Below, one piece after another: positions 31,415-42,860 of a stretch of 64,000 nucleotides of DNA (position 1 is its first letter; each line of letters starts with the position of its first letter). Source of the stretch: an uncultured Planctomycetota bacterium (lineage in GTDB: Bacteria > Planctomycetota > Planctomycetia > Isosphaerales > Isosphaeraceae); assembly GCA_963823665.1 (NCBI GenBank), contig CAWGMQ010000008.1:1440001-1504000 (forward strand), given 5' to 3'. Below the pieces are notes generated by a model. The model saw nothing but the letters and a program-made list of their open reading frames with translations. It was not told where the DNA came from and made no database searches. Both the position numbers and the translations under genes were made by a program.

Positions 31415-34400
31415 ATGCCGCCGACGAACGCCAACGATCCACTCCGCACCACCGATCACGCGCCGGATTCGGCACCGGTGGGTGCAGACGTCACTGACAA
31501 TTTCGCGGAAGGCTCACCTCCTGTCGATGGGAGCACGGCCGCGTATGTGCCGGGCGAGCGCACGCAGCCGATGGGTACGAAGTCGGAACGTGCTTCCGCA
31601 TCGATTGCAGTGCCCGGCTACGAGATCGAGGTCGTGCTCGGCCGCGGCGGCATGGGCGTGGTGTACAAGGCGCGGCACCTGGCCCTGAAGCGCATCGTGG
31701 CGCCGAAGATGGTGCTGGCCGGCGGACATGCCGGGCCGCGTGAGCTGGCGCGCTTCCGCATCGAGGCAGAGGCGGTGGCGCGGTTGCAGCATCCCAACAT
31801 CGTGCAGATTCACGAGGTCGGCGAGACCGGCGGACACGCGTACTTAGCGCTTGAGTTTGTCGAAGGGGGCAACCTCGCGGGCAAGATCGACGGCAAGCCG
31901 ATGCCGGCCCGGGACGCTGCCCGGCTGGTGGAGGCGCTGGCGCGAGCGATGCAACTGGCGCACAGCCGCAATGTGGTGCATCGCGATCTGAAGCCGGCCA
32001 ACATCCTGCTGACAGCCGACGGCACGCCCAAGATCACGGACTTCGGTCTGGCCCGGCAGCTCGATAGCGACAGCGGCGAGACGCAGGCCGGCGCGGTGAT
32101 GGGCACGCCCTCGTACATGGCCCCGGAGCAGGCGTCGGGGCACGCCCACGAAGCCGGGCCTGCAGCGGACATCTATGCCCTGGGCGCGATCCTCTACGCC
32201 TGCCTGGCCGGCCGGCCGCCGTTCCAGGGCACAACGGTCGTCGAGACGCTCGACCAGGTACGGACCCAGGAGCCGGTAGCGCCGTCGCGCTGGCACGCGG
32301 GGGTGCCGCTCGACCCGGAGACGATCTGCCTGAAGTGCCTGCGCAAGGAGCCGGAGAAGCGCTACGCGTCGGCCGCGGAGCTGGCAGACGACCTGGTGCG
32401 GTATCAGGAGGGCGAGCCGATCCGGGCGCGGCCCGTAGGTCGCCTCGAACGGGGCGGCAAGTGGGTGAAACGCAATCCGCTGGTGGCCGGAGCGGCGCTG
32501 GCCGTGGTACTGGCCCTGCTCATTGGCATCGGGGTGAGCACCTGGCAAGCGGTGCGGGCGACCCGGGCCAGCAGCGCCGCCAGGGCCGCCGAGGCCCGTG
32601 CGGACGAGAAACGACGGGAAGCAGAGCGGCAGAAGGAACGCGCCGACGAAAACCAGCAGCGATCACGGCGATTGCTCTACGCCGCGGACATGAATCTCGC
32701 TCAGCAGGCGCTCAAGCTAAACAATCTCGGCCGGGCGCACCGGTTGCTGGACCGGCATCGGCCGCAGCCCGGCGAAGAGGACCTGCGTGGCTGGGAGTGG
32801 CGCTATCTCTGCCAACTGACCCGCAGCAGCGCCCTCGCCACGCTCACCAACCGGCCGGTGCGCGGCTTCGACGTCAGCTTTTCGCCGGATGGCAGCCGCT
32901 TGGCCGTGGCTTGGTGTGACGGACACGTGGACTTGTGGGATGTCCCGGCGCGACGATTGCTTCGGGCGCTGGCGGATCGCGAACAGTCTGCCTTGCCACA
33001 CGTGGCCTTTTCCCCGGTTCGCAATCTTGTGGCGGCCACCTCCGATCCCAAGGTGGTAACCCTGTATGACGTCGACTCCGGCCGGGAATCGGTCCTCTGG
33101 CGGGCGCCCCAGGAGGGCTCGCGGAACGTTCGTAACCTGTCGTATTCGCAGGATGGTTCCAGGGTGGTCATCTACACGGCAGCCACCGGCAAGGTCGGTG
33201 AAGTCTGGGTGGTGAATGTGGCCTCCGCCACGGTCGAAAGCCGCCATTCAACTCATTTCTATAGTACGGGCTTTTTCGGCGCGGCCCGTCTCGCGCCCGA
33301 CAATCGGCGTCTTTATCTCGCGAGTTCGGACCAAGGGGACGAGCGCTGCAGCATCCAGTGCCTCGATCTCGCCACCAATCGGGAGATTTGGCAGACGGAA
33401 ACGCAACGAGATGCCGGCGTGGCCGACCTCGCGATCTCCGGCGACGGGAAAGTGCTGGTCTCCGCATCGGGATTCGCAGACCCCGCCATCCGTGTCTGGG
33501 ATGCCGCGACCGGCCGGCTGCTACGACAACTCGACGGACACACCGCCTGGGTTTGCGAGGTGGTTTTTTCCAGGGACGGGCGGCAATTGATCTCCGCGGC
33601 GAGCGATCAAACCATCCGCTTCTGGGATACCAGCACCTGGACCGAAACGCGCGTTCTGCGCGGCCACACTGACGAGGTGTGTGCCGTCGCGATCTCACCG
33701 AAGGAACAACTCGTGGCCAGCTCCAGCAAGGACGGCGACCTTATGCTGTGGAAAGCCGACGGAGGGAGCGCAGCAGATGGTTACTATCGTCTGCCGGAAG
33801 ACCTGAGGTCCGCGGAGGTTGGGCCGCAGGACCACTCGCGCATGGTACTGTTGCCAAGGGGCAAGCCGCCCCACCTGGTCGATCTCAAGCTGGACGCTCC
33901 CCCGGTCCCGTTGACTGATGTCGGATCTTCCACGGACGTCCTGGGCTGCTTCGGCACCAACATCCTTTGCCAATGGGACGGTGCCAACCGGATCATTGTT
34001 CGCGAGCTGCACGAGACGAATTTCACCCAACGGGGAATCATCGCGGTGGAATCCGGCCAGCGCCCGAGCCGGGTGGCCTATAACGTTGCGCGCAACTCTC
34101 TGGCGTGGGCCGAAGGGACCACATCGAATTCGGTCTTCGTGGCGAGCCTGGCGGAATCCGGTCGTCGCATTGAGTTCAAGAGTGATGTCCCCGGGCTGGT
34201 TCCCGACGGCTTCAGCGAAGATGGGAAATACCTGGTGGCCGTAACCACGGCCAGGGATACCTTGTCCCTGCTTCCGGCCAGGGATGCCCTGTGCGCCTGG
34301 GATGTCGAAACCGGCCAGATCGTGGCGTCCATCAACGAGACGCTAAATCTTACAACCTTTGGAGCAGAGGGGCGCGTGCTGGTCGTGACTATCCCGAAGG

Positions 34401-34867
34401 GTTCCGACCATGAGATCGTATTCTTCGATCTGGCCCACCCCGACCAGACACCGCGGCGTTCTAGCGGGAAACTCCCGGTCTATGGATTGGCCGTTTCGCC
34501 CGACGGCGGACTGGTGGCTGCTTCGACCGCGGGTGGTCTGGTGCAGCTGTTTGACCCCGCCAAGGGCGAGTTGATCGAATCGCTCCACGGTCATCTCAAT
34601 TCGGTCACCGGCCTGAACTTTTCTTCCGACGGACGACGATTGATTGCCGAGGGTGGCGCGCGGGAGGCGATCAAGCTCTGGGATGTCGGCACGCGGCAGG
34701 AACTGTTGACCTTGGCGGGTACCGGCTCCGTGCTCCGCATTGCTCGGTGGACTGCCGATGGCGACGTGATCCTCGCCGGTCCGCCCTGGCAGTTCTGGCG
34801 GGCACCGTCATGGGAGGAAATCGCCGCGGCAGAGGCGAAGGAGACCAAAGAGGCAGAGCGGCCGTGA
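31415..34867 (+). CDS. Hanks-type Ser/Thr kinase with TM segment and WD40 repeats
   Basis: GRGGMGVV, VAPK, HRDLKPAN, DFG, GTPSYMAPE; LRGWEWRYL; multiple GH...WD repeats. Confidence 0.95.
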   Translation: MPPTNANDPLRTTDHAPDSAPVGADVTDNFAEGSPPVDGSTAAYVPGERTQPMGTKSERASASIAVPGYEIEVVLGRGGMGVVYKARHLALKRIVAPKMVLAGGHAGPRELARFRIEAEAVARLQHPNIVQIHEVGETGGHAYLALEFVEGGNLAGKIDGKPMPARDAARLVEALARAMQLAHSRNVVHRDLKPANILLTADGTPKITDFGLARQLDSDSGETQAGAVMGTPSYMAPEQASGHAHEAGPAADIYALGAILYACLAGRPPFQGTTVVETLDQVRTQEPVAPSRWHAGVPLDPETICLKCLRKEPEKRYASAAELADDLVRYQEGEPIRARPVGRLERGGKWVKRNPLVAGAALAVVLALLIGIGVSTWQAVRATRASSAARAAEARADEKRREAERQKERADENQQRSRRLLYAADMNLAQQALKLNNLGRAHRLLDRHRPQPGEEDLRGWEWRYLCQLTRSSALATLTNRPVRGFDVSFSPDGSRLAVAWCDGHVDLWDVPARRLLRALADREQSALPHVAFSPVRNLVAATSDPKVVTLYDVDSGRESVLWRAPQEGSRNVRNLSYSQDGSRVVIYTAATGKVGEVWVVNVASATVESRHSTHFYSTGFFGAARLAPDNRRLYLASSDQGDERCSIQCLDLATNREIWQTETQRDAGVADLAISGDGKVLVSASGFADPAIRVWDAATGRLLRQLDGHTAWVCEVVFSRDGRQLISAASDQTIRFWDTSTWTETRVLRGHTDEVCAVAISPKEQLVASSSKDGDLMLWKADGGSAADGYYRLPEDLRSAEVGPQDHSRMVLLPRGKPPHLVDLKLDAPPVPLTDVGSSTDVLGCFGTNILCQWDGANRIIVRELHETNFTQRGIIAVESGQRPSRVAYNVARNSLAWAEGTTSNSVFVASLAESGRRIEFKSDVPGLVPDGFSEDGKYLVAVTTARDTLSLLPARDALCAWDVETGQIVASINETLNLTTFGAEGRVLVVTIPKGSDHEIVFFDLAHPDQTPRRSSGKLPVYGLAVSPDGGLVAASTAGGLVQLFDPAKGELIESLHGHLNSVTGLNFSSDGRRLIAEGGAREAIKLWDVGTRQELLTLAGTGSVLRIARWTADGDVILAGPPWQFWRAPSWEEIAAAEAKETKEAERP

Positions 34868-34896
34868 ATGCGACCTCCCTCGCCGGCCACCGGGCC

Positions 34897-35255
34897 CTAC
34901 CTGACGACCCTGGTGAGCACCAGATCGCCGATCCACACGGTCCCCGTCCGCCCTCCGACGTTGAAGACGATCAAGTGGAGCGACGGGCGTTCGCCGCGAC
35001 GGTAGCGTCCGGCGAGCTCATCGGCCAGGCGGTTGAGCAGGACGTAGCGTTCGGAGCTGAGCGTGGCCATAGTCAGAGACCTTCCTGCCCGCCGGGCAGA
35101 TCAGCGAGGACTTGTTTGACGCGCCGGAGGGCCCGGAAGTCGCGCTTGGCGGCGGCTGATTCCTCGATGCCGAGCACCTGGGCAGCCTCGGCGGCGGTCA
35201 GCTCCTCGAAGTGCCACAGCGACACGATCTCTCGATCCACCGGGTCGAGGGATCA
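34897..35255 (-). pseudogene. Remnant of an ECF sigma factor 3' end (stop 35073) plus the 5' stub of a following kinase-like gene (ATG 35070)
   Basis: LDPVDREIVSLWHFEELTAAEAAQVLGI...RALRRVKQVL*, then MATLSSERYVLLNRLADELAGRYRRGERPS, which truncates. Confidence 0.65.
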
Positions 35256-35455
35256 GGTCCACGCAATCAGCCAAGTTGCGCTCCATACAGGCTCCCCCTA
35301 ACCTATTACCTCCGCCAGCCGGCTCTCACTGGACAGGCGGCCGGAATTATCTTGGCTCCCGGGCGAGATGGGGCGTGGCCCGGAGCGACGACCACGAGCC
35401 GCTCGATCGTACCCGGCCCCGATTCATTTCCGCCCGGAGCCGCAGTTCAATGTTC

Positions 35456-38400
35456 TCAGCACGCCTTGGGCTTGGCATCCGCCTTAGATTTGTTTGTCTC
35501 CTCATCGAGCTTACGGATCGTGTCGCGGGCGACAGGCGCCGTAGAGTCGGAAATGAAGCGGTCCTCGGCAGCCCTCTGCAAGAACTCGCGGGCCTCGAGC
35601 GGCCTGCCGTGCTTTTGCAGGAACATACCGACGATAAAATCCAGAAGCCACACTTCGCTGGGATGGAAGTTCTGCCGCTGCTCGGCGATTGCCGGCAAGT
35701 CGAGCGACCGGCCGCCGTCGCGATCGATGGCCTCGTGAAAGAGCCGCCAGATCGCCGCAGTATGAGGAGATTCCGGCTCGTGGCGTGTTTCCAATAGCTC
35801 GAACAACTGATCGCGCGCGGCCTGATCATCGACGAGGTCAGCGACGAGCCAGGGAAGCATGCATCGGCTCGCCGAAGGCGACGACTCATACAACCGGCGC
35901 AGCGCCGGCAGCGCCTTCTTGAACTGGGAACTGCTCACATAAAATCCTCCGACACGCTCCAGCGTATCGGGTGCAAGCTCGCCCGCATTTGTCGTCGCCC
36001 ACTCACTGGCGAATGCAAACGCCGCGTCGATGTCCCCGGTTCCCGTCGTCCGGCAGAGTGTATACCAGCGGTCCCAGGCCTCCGACCCATACCGCTCGCT
36101 GGCGGCGCGGGCCCACTTTTCGGCCTCCTTCCAGTCTTTTCGGCCGACGGCGCATTTCTCGGCGCAGATCATCGCCCAGCCGGCACCGGTCGCCGCGGCA
36201 GCTTCGGCATAAGGCCGGGCCTTCTCCCACTGCTTCTGGCTCATGTAGTAAGTGGCAAGCGCGACGCGAAACTGAGCCTGTTCAAGAGCGGGACCGCCTC
36301 CTTCCTCGAGATACCTCTCGATCACTTCCAGCCACCGCGAGCTGTCGTGTTTCTTCGCGTAGATCTCGGCCAGCTTCGCATAAGCCCAGGAATCGCGCCA
36401 CCGCTTCAGGTAGTCCAGCAGCACCCGCTCAGCTTCTTGCGTGTTTCCCAGGGCGTCGTAACGGCGGGCAATCGCACCCAGGAGCACCGGCGAGCCCGCG
36501 GCTTCCTTCCCCCATTCTGCCATGTGAGGCTGCGCGGTCCCAGTCGTGTTCGATCTGGATGCTCTTGGCATACTGTGAATGCGGACTCACCGCGAAAAGC
36601 AGCCTGTCGGCTATTGGGTCTTGCGCCCCGCCCGTTTGCAGCGCGTCGCGAATTCGCAACGAAAGGTCACGCACGACGTGGTCGGAGTTTCTATCCATGA
36701 ACACGCGAATGGCGCGTGCGTGGCTGCCCAGCGCGGTGGCGCCGAATCCAAACAGCTCGCCCGTCGCGGGCTCGAGATTCATCACGTTGAATTGCTCGAT
36801 GAACGAATCGACCGGCCCCTTTCCGGGTCTCGCCGGGCTCGCAGAAAACGTGTGAAGAAAGGGTTCCAGCGGATGCCCGGCGATCGCGCCGCGCGCCTGA
36901 GACCAGAACCCCTCGCTCGGCTTATTTCCAAACGCTTGCATGTAGACGAGCCGCCGATAGACGAGCAGGAACTGCGTCTCACGAATCAGGTGGCCCAGGG
37001 CGCTCCAGGACAGCTCGCCCGCGTCCTGGTCCGATCCCGCGGCTTGCTCGAGCAGTTTCGCCAACTGAACGGAGCTGCCGGGGTTCTTGACGAACGCTTG
37101 CACCGAAAGAGGCAGTCCCGCGAACCCCTTCAGCTTGAAGGGAACTGTCTCGTCGAGCGCCTTGGGTCCGAGCGTCGTCACGACCTGAAGGGTCGAGACT
37201 CCCCGGCAAGCGCAGATCGCGTCGAGCGCCCGGAAGCAGTCGGGTTCAAGCGTGATGACATTAAACGCGGCCGTGAGCGTGGTGTTGGGCAGCGGAGGGA
37301 ACTCAAGCACCGTTAGCCGCAGCGCCGCCGCCAGCTTGGAATTCGGGCTGCCTCGGGATTCGAGCGCCTTGTCATCACATCGAGCCAGCGCGGAGATCGG
37401 CTCGACCCACGCTGGTCGAGCCGCTTTCTTCGCCGCGGAATCGGCCAGAGACTCGGCTGCCTTCAAGTCGGCAATAGCATTCGCGTGCAAGCCCGAAAGC
37501 GCCAGAGCAAAAGCCCTGTGCCACAACCCCCACGCCTCTTTCGGCCCCCGCGCAACCAGCCGCTGTGCATATAGCAGTGCGCGGGCTTTGTATGCCTTGT
37601 GAGCAGGGTGCCACTGAAACTCGCTGAGTAATCCCAGGAGCGCATAGCCTCGAGCCAGAGCCCCCACTCGCGCGGGCGATTCCCCGTCCGAGCGAATCAG
37701 CGCGTGCAGGTCTTTGATCGCCGCAAAGACCTCCGGGAAACCGAGGCTGCCGAGCCGGCTCTCGATCGCTTCGGGCACCGAGCCTTCGGCCTTCGTCGCG
37801 TTCGGTTTGCCGTCGAGCCCGAGCTGGCGCAGTACGGCGGGAAACTCGGTTCGCGAGAGTTCCTCGGTTTGCTTGGCCAGATCGGCCAGGTCTTCGGGAA
37901 TCGGGTCGCCACTCGCATTCTTGGCGGTGCCGGCCGGAATCCTCGTCAAATCATGCTCGAATAGCGGCGCGGAATCCGCTTTCTCCGGCTGCGAGACGAC
38001 CACGCGAATGAGTCCGTTCGGCCCGGAGATCGTGTGAATCTCCGGGCCAGAGCCCGCCGGCGATTGAGCGTTCTGCCGCTCTCCCACCACGTCGTCTCGA
38101 GTAAGCAAACCCAGCTCGTCGCGGGCAGCGATCAGGAAGGCCTGGCGGATCAGCTCCCGCTGGAGGATCCCCGCCCTGGCGTTAGGAGCCGGCGCGCTTT
38201 CTCGAATACCGAAAGGCATTCCCAGCGCGAGAATCGCTCGGGCCCCTGCGCCGTTCTGCGGCTGGTAAACCCCGATCCGGGTCCGCGCCAGAGTCGGGCG
38301 GGAGCTCGAGCTGTTCGTGGCCGCCCCGGTCTTCGCGCCGGCCCCGTCCGCTGCTGCCTGCACGGGCAATTCCGACTTCTTGATTTCCTCGGGAGGCATC

Positions 38401-38627
38401 CCGAACTTCCGGTACCCCGCGTAACCGAGCGCAGCCACGGCAACGCCGGCGGTCGCGAGACCAAGTCCAATGAGCACGGATCGCCTGTTCCCTCCCGGCG
38501 CCGGCTTCTCGGCTGCGCGAGCCAGCCACTTCCGGCATTGCGGACACTTGAAACTGCTGCCGGGCTTTCCCGGCGGCGTGGGAAACGTGGCCTGACAATA
38601 GCAACAAGTCATCTCGCCCGAGGACAT
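35456..38627 (-). CDS. Zinc-ribbon + TM + TPR-like helical repeat protein; apparent frameshift near 36525
   Basis: CCYC...CPQC, TM helix, long helical repeats continuing into ORF 35456-36571. Confidence 0.75.
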
Positions 38628-38774
38628 GACGTCGACCTCGCTTGATTGAGAAGAGGACCCGGCCGGTGATTCCAACAAGCGGCCGCAGTATATCAAAACG
38701 CGGCGCGGTTTACCGACATGTCGATCGACCCGCGCCGTGCTCGTCCTTCCCCGCTTTCGTCATTCTGTCGGCGG

Positions 38775-39347
38775 CTACCAGATTAACCTGCTCATCCAAC
38801 GCGACTTCGCCTGCGTGTAGATCGCCTTCTTGGCCCGTTCAACGCCCCTCGCCTTCTCGACCTCGCTCTTCAACTCCTCAATTGTCCGGACGTTCGTTGC
38901 CTCCACGTTCATCTTCTTCCTACGCACTTGGTGAAGCTGCTGCTCTGCCACTCTGATCTCGCGCTCGTTCTCGGTAAACTCGGGCTTGGTGATGTTCGTC
39001 TTTTCCGCCTGGCGCCTCGATCGGTCAAGTAATTCGTGAGCGATCTTCAAATCATTTTCGGCCAACGAGATCTCAGCCTCCACCGATTTGACATCCTGCT
39101 TGGCAATAGCCTGTGCGAACTCCGCCAGCGCCGTCTCGGCAACTTCTCGGGTGAGCCTCGATTGCACGTAAGCGGCTTCGGCGTCCCGAACGCGGAGCCG
39201 GTGCATGACCAACCCAAGAACGCAGCCGCAGACCAACACAAGGGCCATCAGCGCACGAAGGCTGATGCGGATCTGGAGCCGACGCCAAGGTTCAGGAGTG
39301 GCCCCTCCCTTCGGCGACTGAGATCGTATCACGGTCGCAGATACCAT
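38775..39347 (-). CDS. Membrane-anchored coiled-coil protein
   Basis: RISLRALMALVLV TM followed by heptad coiled coil; overlaps the DUF1559 stop. Confidence 0.65.
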   Translation of the reverse strand: MVSATVIRSQSPKGGATPEPWRRLQIRISLRALMALVLVCGCVLGLVMHRLRVRDAEAAYVQSRLTREVAETALAEFAQAIAKQDVKSVEAEISLAENDLKIAHELLDRSRRQAEKTNITKPEFTENEREIRVAEQQLHQVRRKKMNVEATNVRTIEELKSEVEKARGVERAKKAIYTQAKSRWMSRLIW

Positions 39348-40108
39348 TCCTTTAGTTCGATTCGCTCCCCGCCCGCGATCGTGAGGAGCGCCCTCAGCGT
39401 TTCCGGACGGAGGTTTGACGGAAGATTGGTGACCATGTCGTCCACGGTAAGGACATGCGGACCGGGATAGCTCGATCCCCAGGCTGAGTGATTGCTCGAG
39501 ACGCTCGGTTGAGTTCGGTCGTTGAGCTGGAAACTCATCGTCTTCCAGTCAAGTTCCCTGGGCTCCATCCAGTGAATCCCGGCGTTAACGACCTCGACGA
39601 CGATGAGCGTGTTCTCCGGCCCATCGGTCACGTCGGCCAGCCTGCGCGACGTACCGTCGCTCGGGAACATGGTGCCTGGCCCCACGACCGCGACATAATT
39701 GGTGCCGGTTGTTCCCGTGGTCGTCCGATCGCATGGGCAATTCAGCGTGTTGTCGGGAGTGAGCCCGTGCAGCGTTCGGTTTCTTGGGCTGTCCCAGGCC
39801 TCGTCGAAGTGGAACCCACCCGCGAGCCGGCCGCCGAACCATTGGTCGGTGCGATCGAGTTCAGCCATCAGCACAACGCGCCAGCTATAAAGCGGCTTGC
39901 CCTTCGCATCGGCCACGTACGCCGGCGGAAAGCACCCATACTTTGACTCGTAATTCAAGAGGGCCAAACCGATCTGTTTGAGGTGTCCGGCGCACTGGCT
40001 CGACCGTGCATCTTCGCGCGCACTGTCGTAAGCGCGCTTACTGCACGTCATCGCCGTACACACCAGCGCGACGACCCCGACATACCCCATAGCACGACGC
40101 ACGGTCAT
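39329..40108 (-). CDS. DUF1559 (planctomycete pilin-like) protein
   Basis: ARSSQCAGHLKQIGLALLNYE, FPPAY, SWRV, VTDGPENT...E, WMEP. Confidence 0.9.
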   Translation of the reverse strand: MTVRRAMGYVGVVALVCTAMTCSKRAYDSAREDARSSQCAGHLKQIGLALLNYESKYGCFPPAYVADAKGKPLYSWRVVLMAELDRTDQWFGGRLAGGFHFDEAWDSPRNRTLHGLTPDNTLNCPCDRTTTGTTGTNYVAVVGPGTMFPSDGTSRRLADVTDGPENTLIVVEVVNAGIHWMEPRELDWKTMSFQLNDRTQPSVSSNHSAWGSSYPGPHVLTVDDMVTNLPSNLRPETLRALLTIAGGERIELKEWYLRP

Positions 40109-40252
40109 TCGTGAGCTCCCATGGCTCGTGAAGCGACCAGCCTCGCCCCGCGATCCGACTCCACCTCCATGTTCTCAGTGTCCTCGATAGTTCGACCGCT
40201 GACAATCATTCGCAATGCCGTCCGCGCAGCCTCTACTGCGGGTTCACGTAAA

Positions 40253-40677
40253 TCACCGTCGCAGAAACCATTCTTTACTTTCGATTCTTTCGCCGCCATC
40301 GATCGTCAGGAGTGCCTTCAGTGTCTCCGGTCGGAGGTTCGCAGGAACAATCGTCACCATGTCGTCCACGGTAAGGACATGCGGACCGGGATAGCTCGAT
40401 CCCCGGGCTGGGTGATTGCTCGACACACTCGGGTGAGTTTGGTCGTTGAGTTGGAAACTCAGCGGCTTGCCCTTCGCATCGGCCACGTACGCCGGCGGAA
40501 AGCACCCATACTTCGACTCGTAGTTCAAAAGGCCCAAACCGATCTGCTTGAGGTTGCTGATGCACTGAGCCGAGCGCACGGCCTCGCGAGCAGCGCCGAT
40601 TCGCGCGCGAGCCACGTCAGCGGCAGACAGGCCAGCGCGACGAGCCCGACATACCCCATAGCACGACGCACGGTCAT
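40253..40677 (-). pseudogene. Internally deleted paralog of the adjacent DUF1559 gene
   Basis: Same start MTVRRAMGYVG; ADAKGKPL joined directly to SFQLND, so ~120 aa are missing; frameshift near 40610. Confidence 0.8.
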
Positions 40678-40779
40678 TCAGGACCTCCCACCACCCACCA
40701 CGCGACCGCCCGCTCTGCCCAGACGAGAGCCTCCGAGCCGGGAGCGCAAAACGTCTCTTTGCCCTCTGTCCGAGTCTTG

Positions 40780-41529
40780 TTACTGGGCACAGACGCCGCC
40801 ATCAACCGGCAGCGTGTGGCCGGTGACGTATCGGGCTTCGTCGGAGAGCAACCACACGACGGCGTCGGCGATCTCGTCTGGCTGGCCAATTCGACCCATC
40901 GGCACGAACGCGGCGTAGCTGTGCGGGTCGCCCCCGGTCCCGCGCGCCAGGAGCGGCGTCTCGACGGGTCCGGGGCCGACCGCATTCACCCGGATGTTCT
41001 GCTTGGCGTAGTCCAGAGCCGCCGCCTTGGTCATCCCGGTGACGGCGTGTTTGCTCGCGACGTAGAGCGACCAGCCGGGATACCCGTTCAATCCAAAGAT
41101 CGACGACGTGTTAACAATCGCCCCGCCCCCTGTCGCGAGCATGCGCTCGATCTCGTACTTCATGCAATAGAACACACCCTTGATGTTCACGTCGAAGAGG
41201 AACGACGCCTTGTCGAGATCCTGCTCGTGCAGCGGCACCTGCTGGCCGTCGACGCCTGCGTTATTGAACGCAATGTCGAGGCGCCCGTACTCGCTCGCAG
41301 CCCGCTCGACGAGCGCCTTCACGTCGCTTGGTCGGCTAACGTCCGTTTTCTGAAACACAGCCCGGCCCTGCATTCGCCGGACGAGTTGCACGACCTCTTC
41401 GCCCTTGCCAGCATCCCGGTTGCCGATGACCACAGTCGCCCCGGCCCTCGCCATCGCCAGCGCCGTGGCCTTGCCGATGCCCGTCCCACCCCCGGTCACG
41501 ATGCCGATCTTCCCGGTCAAGGTCGCCAT
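40780..41529 (-). CDS. Short-chain dehydrogenase/reductase
   Basis: TGGGTGIG, FNNAG, YVASK, VDGG. Confidence 0.93.
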   Translation of the reverse strand: MATLTGKIGIVTGGGTGIGKATALAMARAGATVVIGNRDAGKGEEVVQLVRRMQGRAVFQKTDVSRPSDVKALVERAASEYGRLDIAFNNAGVDGQQVPLHEQDLDKASFLFDVNIKGVFYCMKYEIERMLATGGGAIVNTSSIFGLNGYPGWSLYVASKHAVTGMTKAAALDYAKQNIRVNAVGPGPVETPLLARGTGGDPHSYAAFVPMGRIGQPDEIADAVVWLLSDEARYVTGHTLPVDGGVCAQ

Positions 41530-41878
41530 GCCACGCTCCCTTCGACGCTAAAAACGTCCATTCGCTTGTGTATCGAGTCGATCCTTGAAAAACGCAGGCA
41601 TCCGCGGACGGTGCGCAGTCGAATGGCGCTCTGGAATCTCACTCCCTGGTTTCCTGTCTTCCTCATTCTCTCGCCATGACCATCACTCTAACGCAGATCA
41701 TCACCAGGGTCTTTGCCTTCTTGCCGCGTTCCTCGGCTCGACCAAGGGGCACGAGGTCGCTCGGCACCATTACATTGTTCGCCGCGGCTTTTCGACCGAT
41801 CACGTTTTGTCCGAAGGGGATGGTCGCAAGACGCACGGGGTCTGATAGAATTGAGACGACCCATGGGGAGATGCGTTA

Positions 41879-42823
41879 ATGGTGAACAAAAAAAAGACAG
41901 GACCGCGCAGAACCGTTGCCAAGCGTAAGAGGCATGCTGCTTTCATCTCCGCTCCTTTTTTCATTGATACCAACGTGCTCGTCCAAGTTCTGAAGGATCG
42001 AGATGTCGAGCCGATTCGCCTCGATGAAATGGAATCGGGCCAGCGCCTCCAGGAATTGGTTAGGAAATCGATCAACCGAGCCGACTTCGTGATCGCCGTT
42101 CTGGGTGATCTGAATCCCAACGTATTGTTCGAGTTGGGCGTCGCAACGGGTTTGGGCAAGCATGTGCTCGTGCTCGGCTCTCCCAAGCACCTCATGCCCG
42201 CTGATCTCGCCGGAATGACTTATCTCAGAGCAGATCCCGCAGACCCACGCGATCGTGAGGCCATCGAATTTGGCTTGGACCAGCTCCTTTCGGCACCAAG
42301 CTCAAAGCGCGCACCGCAGGTCTCGCGCGGTCGCAAGACGCGGGCGATTGGCAAGTCGGCCGACAAACTGATGGAAGAATTGAAGATACTGCGGGAGGAC
42401 AACGGAGGTCGCGAAGCGGATCTCGTCCGTATAATCTCCGAGGCGATCGAAAAAAGTGGTGTATCGACCGTCTCGAAAGAGTCCCCGCTACGGTCGGCAC
42501 GGACGGGGGATCTCGCTGTTTGGTCCGATGACCTGGAGCCTTGGATCGGTAACCCGATGATAATTCAGGTCAAGCAGCGATTGACTAGCAAGAGGGACCT
42601 CGAAAAAGCGATTCAAGACCTTTCCACGGCACTCGATGAAACGCGCTCTCGACGATGCCTTCTGGTCTATCTGGACGCGAAGCCAGCAATTCTCTACGGC
42701 AGCTTGTACGACCCGAGGATCATCGTCTTGTCCGCCGAAGAACTTATTGGCGGGCTGAAGGAGGTTGGACTGGGCGACCTCTTGCGCCGTACGCGGAATG
42801 AATACGCGCAATTGAGGGGCTAG
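41879..42823 (+). CDS. TIR/nucleoside-2-deoxyribosyltransferase-like domain fused to a Mrr-type PD-(D/E)xK nuclease-like domain
   Basis: FISAPF...INRADFVIAVL..LNPNVLFELGVA; C-terminal DLAVWSD...MIIQVK. Confidence 0.7.
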   Translation: MVNKKKTGPRRTVAKRKRHAAFISAPFFIDTNVLVQVLKDRDVEPIRLDEMESGQRLQELVRKSINRADFVIAVLGDLNPNVLFELGVATGLGKHVLVLGSPKHLMPADLAGMTYLRADPADPRDREAIEFGLDQLLSAPSSKRAPQVSRGRKTRAIGKSADKLMEELKILREDNGGREADLVRIISEAIEKSGVSTVSKESPLRSARTGDLAVWSDDLEPWIGNPMIIQVKQRLTSKRDLEKAIQDLSTALDETRSRRCLLVYLDAKPAILYGSLYDPRIIVLSAEELIGGLKEVGLGDLLRRTRNEYAQLRG

Positions 42824-42860
42824 GATACCCGCGTACTCACGCCAAAAAATCAACCGGTAC

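Noticed and set aside
31695..31712. VAPK instead of VALK in the kinase, suggesting a pseudokinase
   Set aside because: The catalytic Lys, HRD, DFG and APE motifs are all retained; a single substitution or base error.
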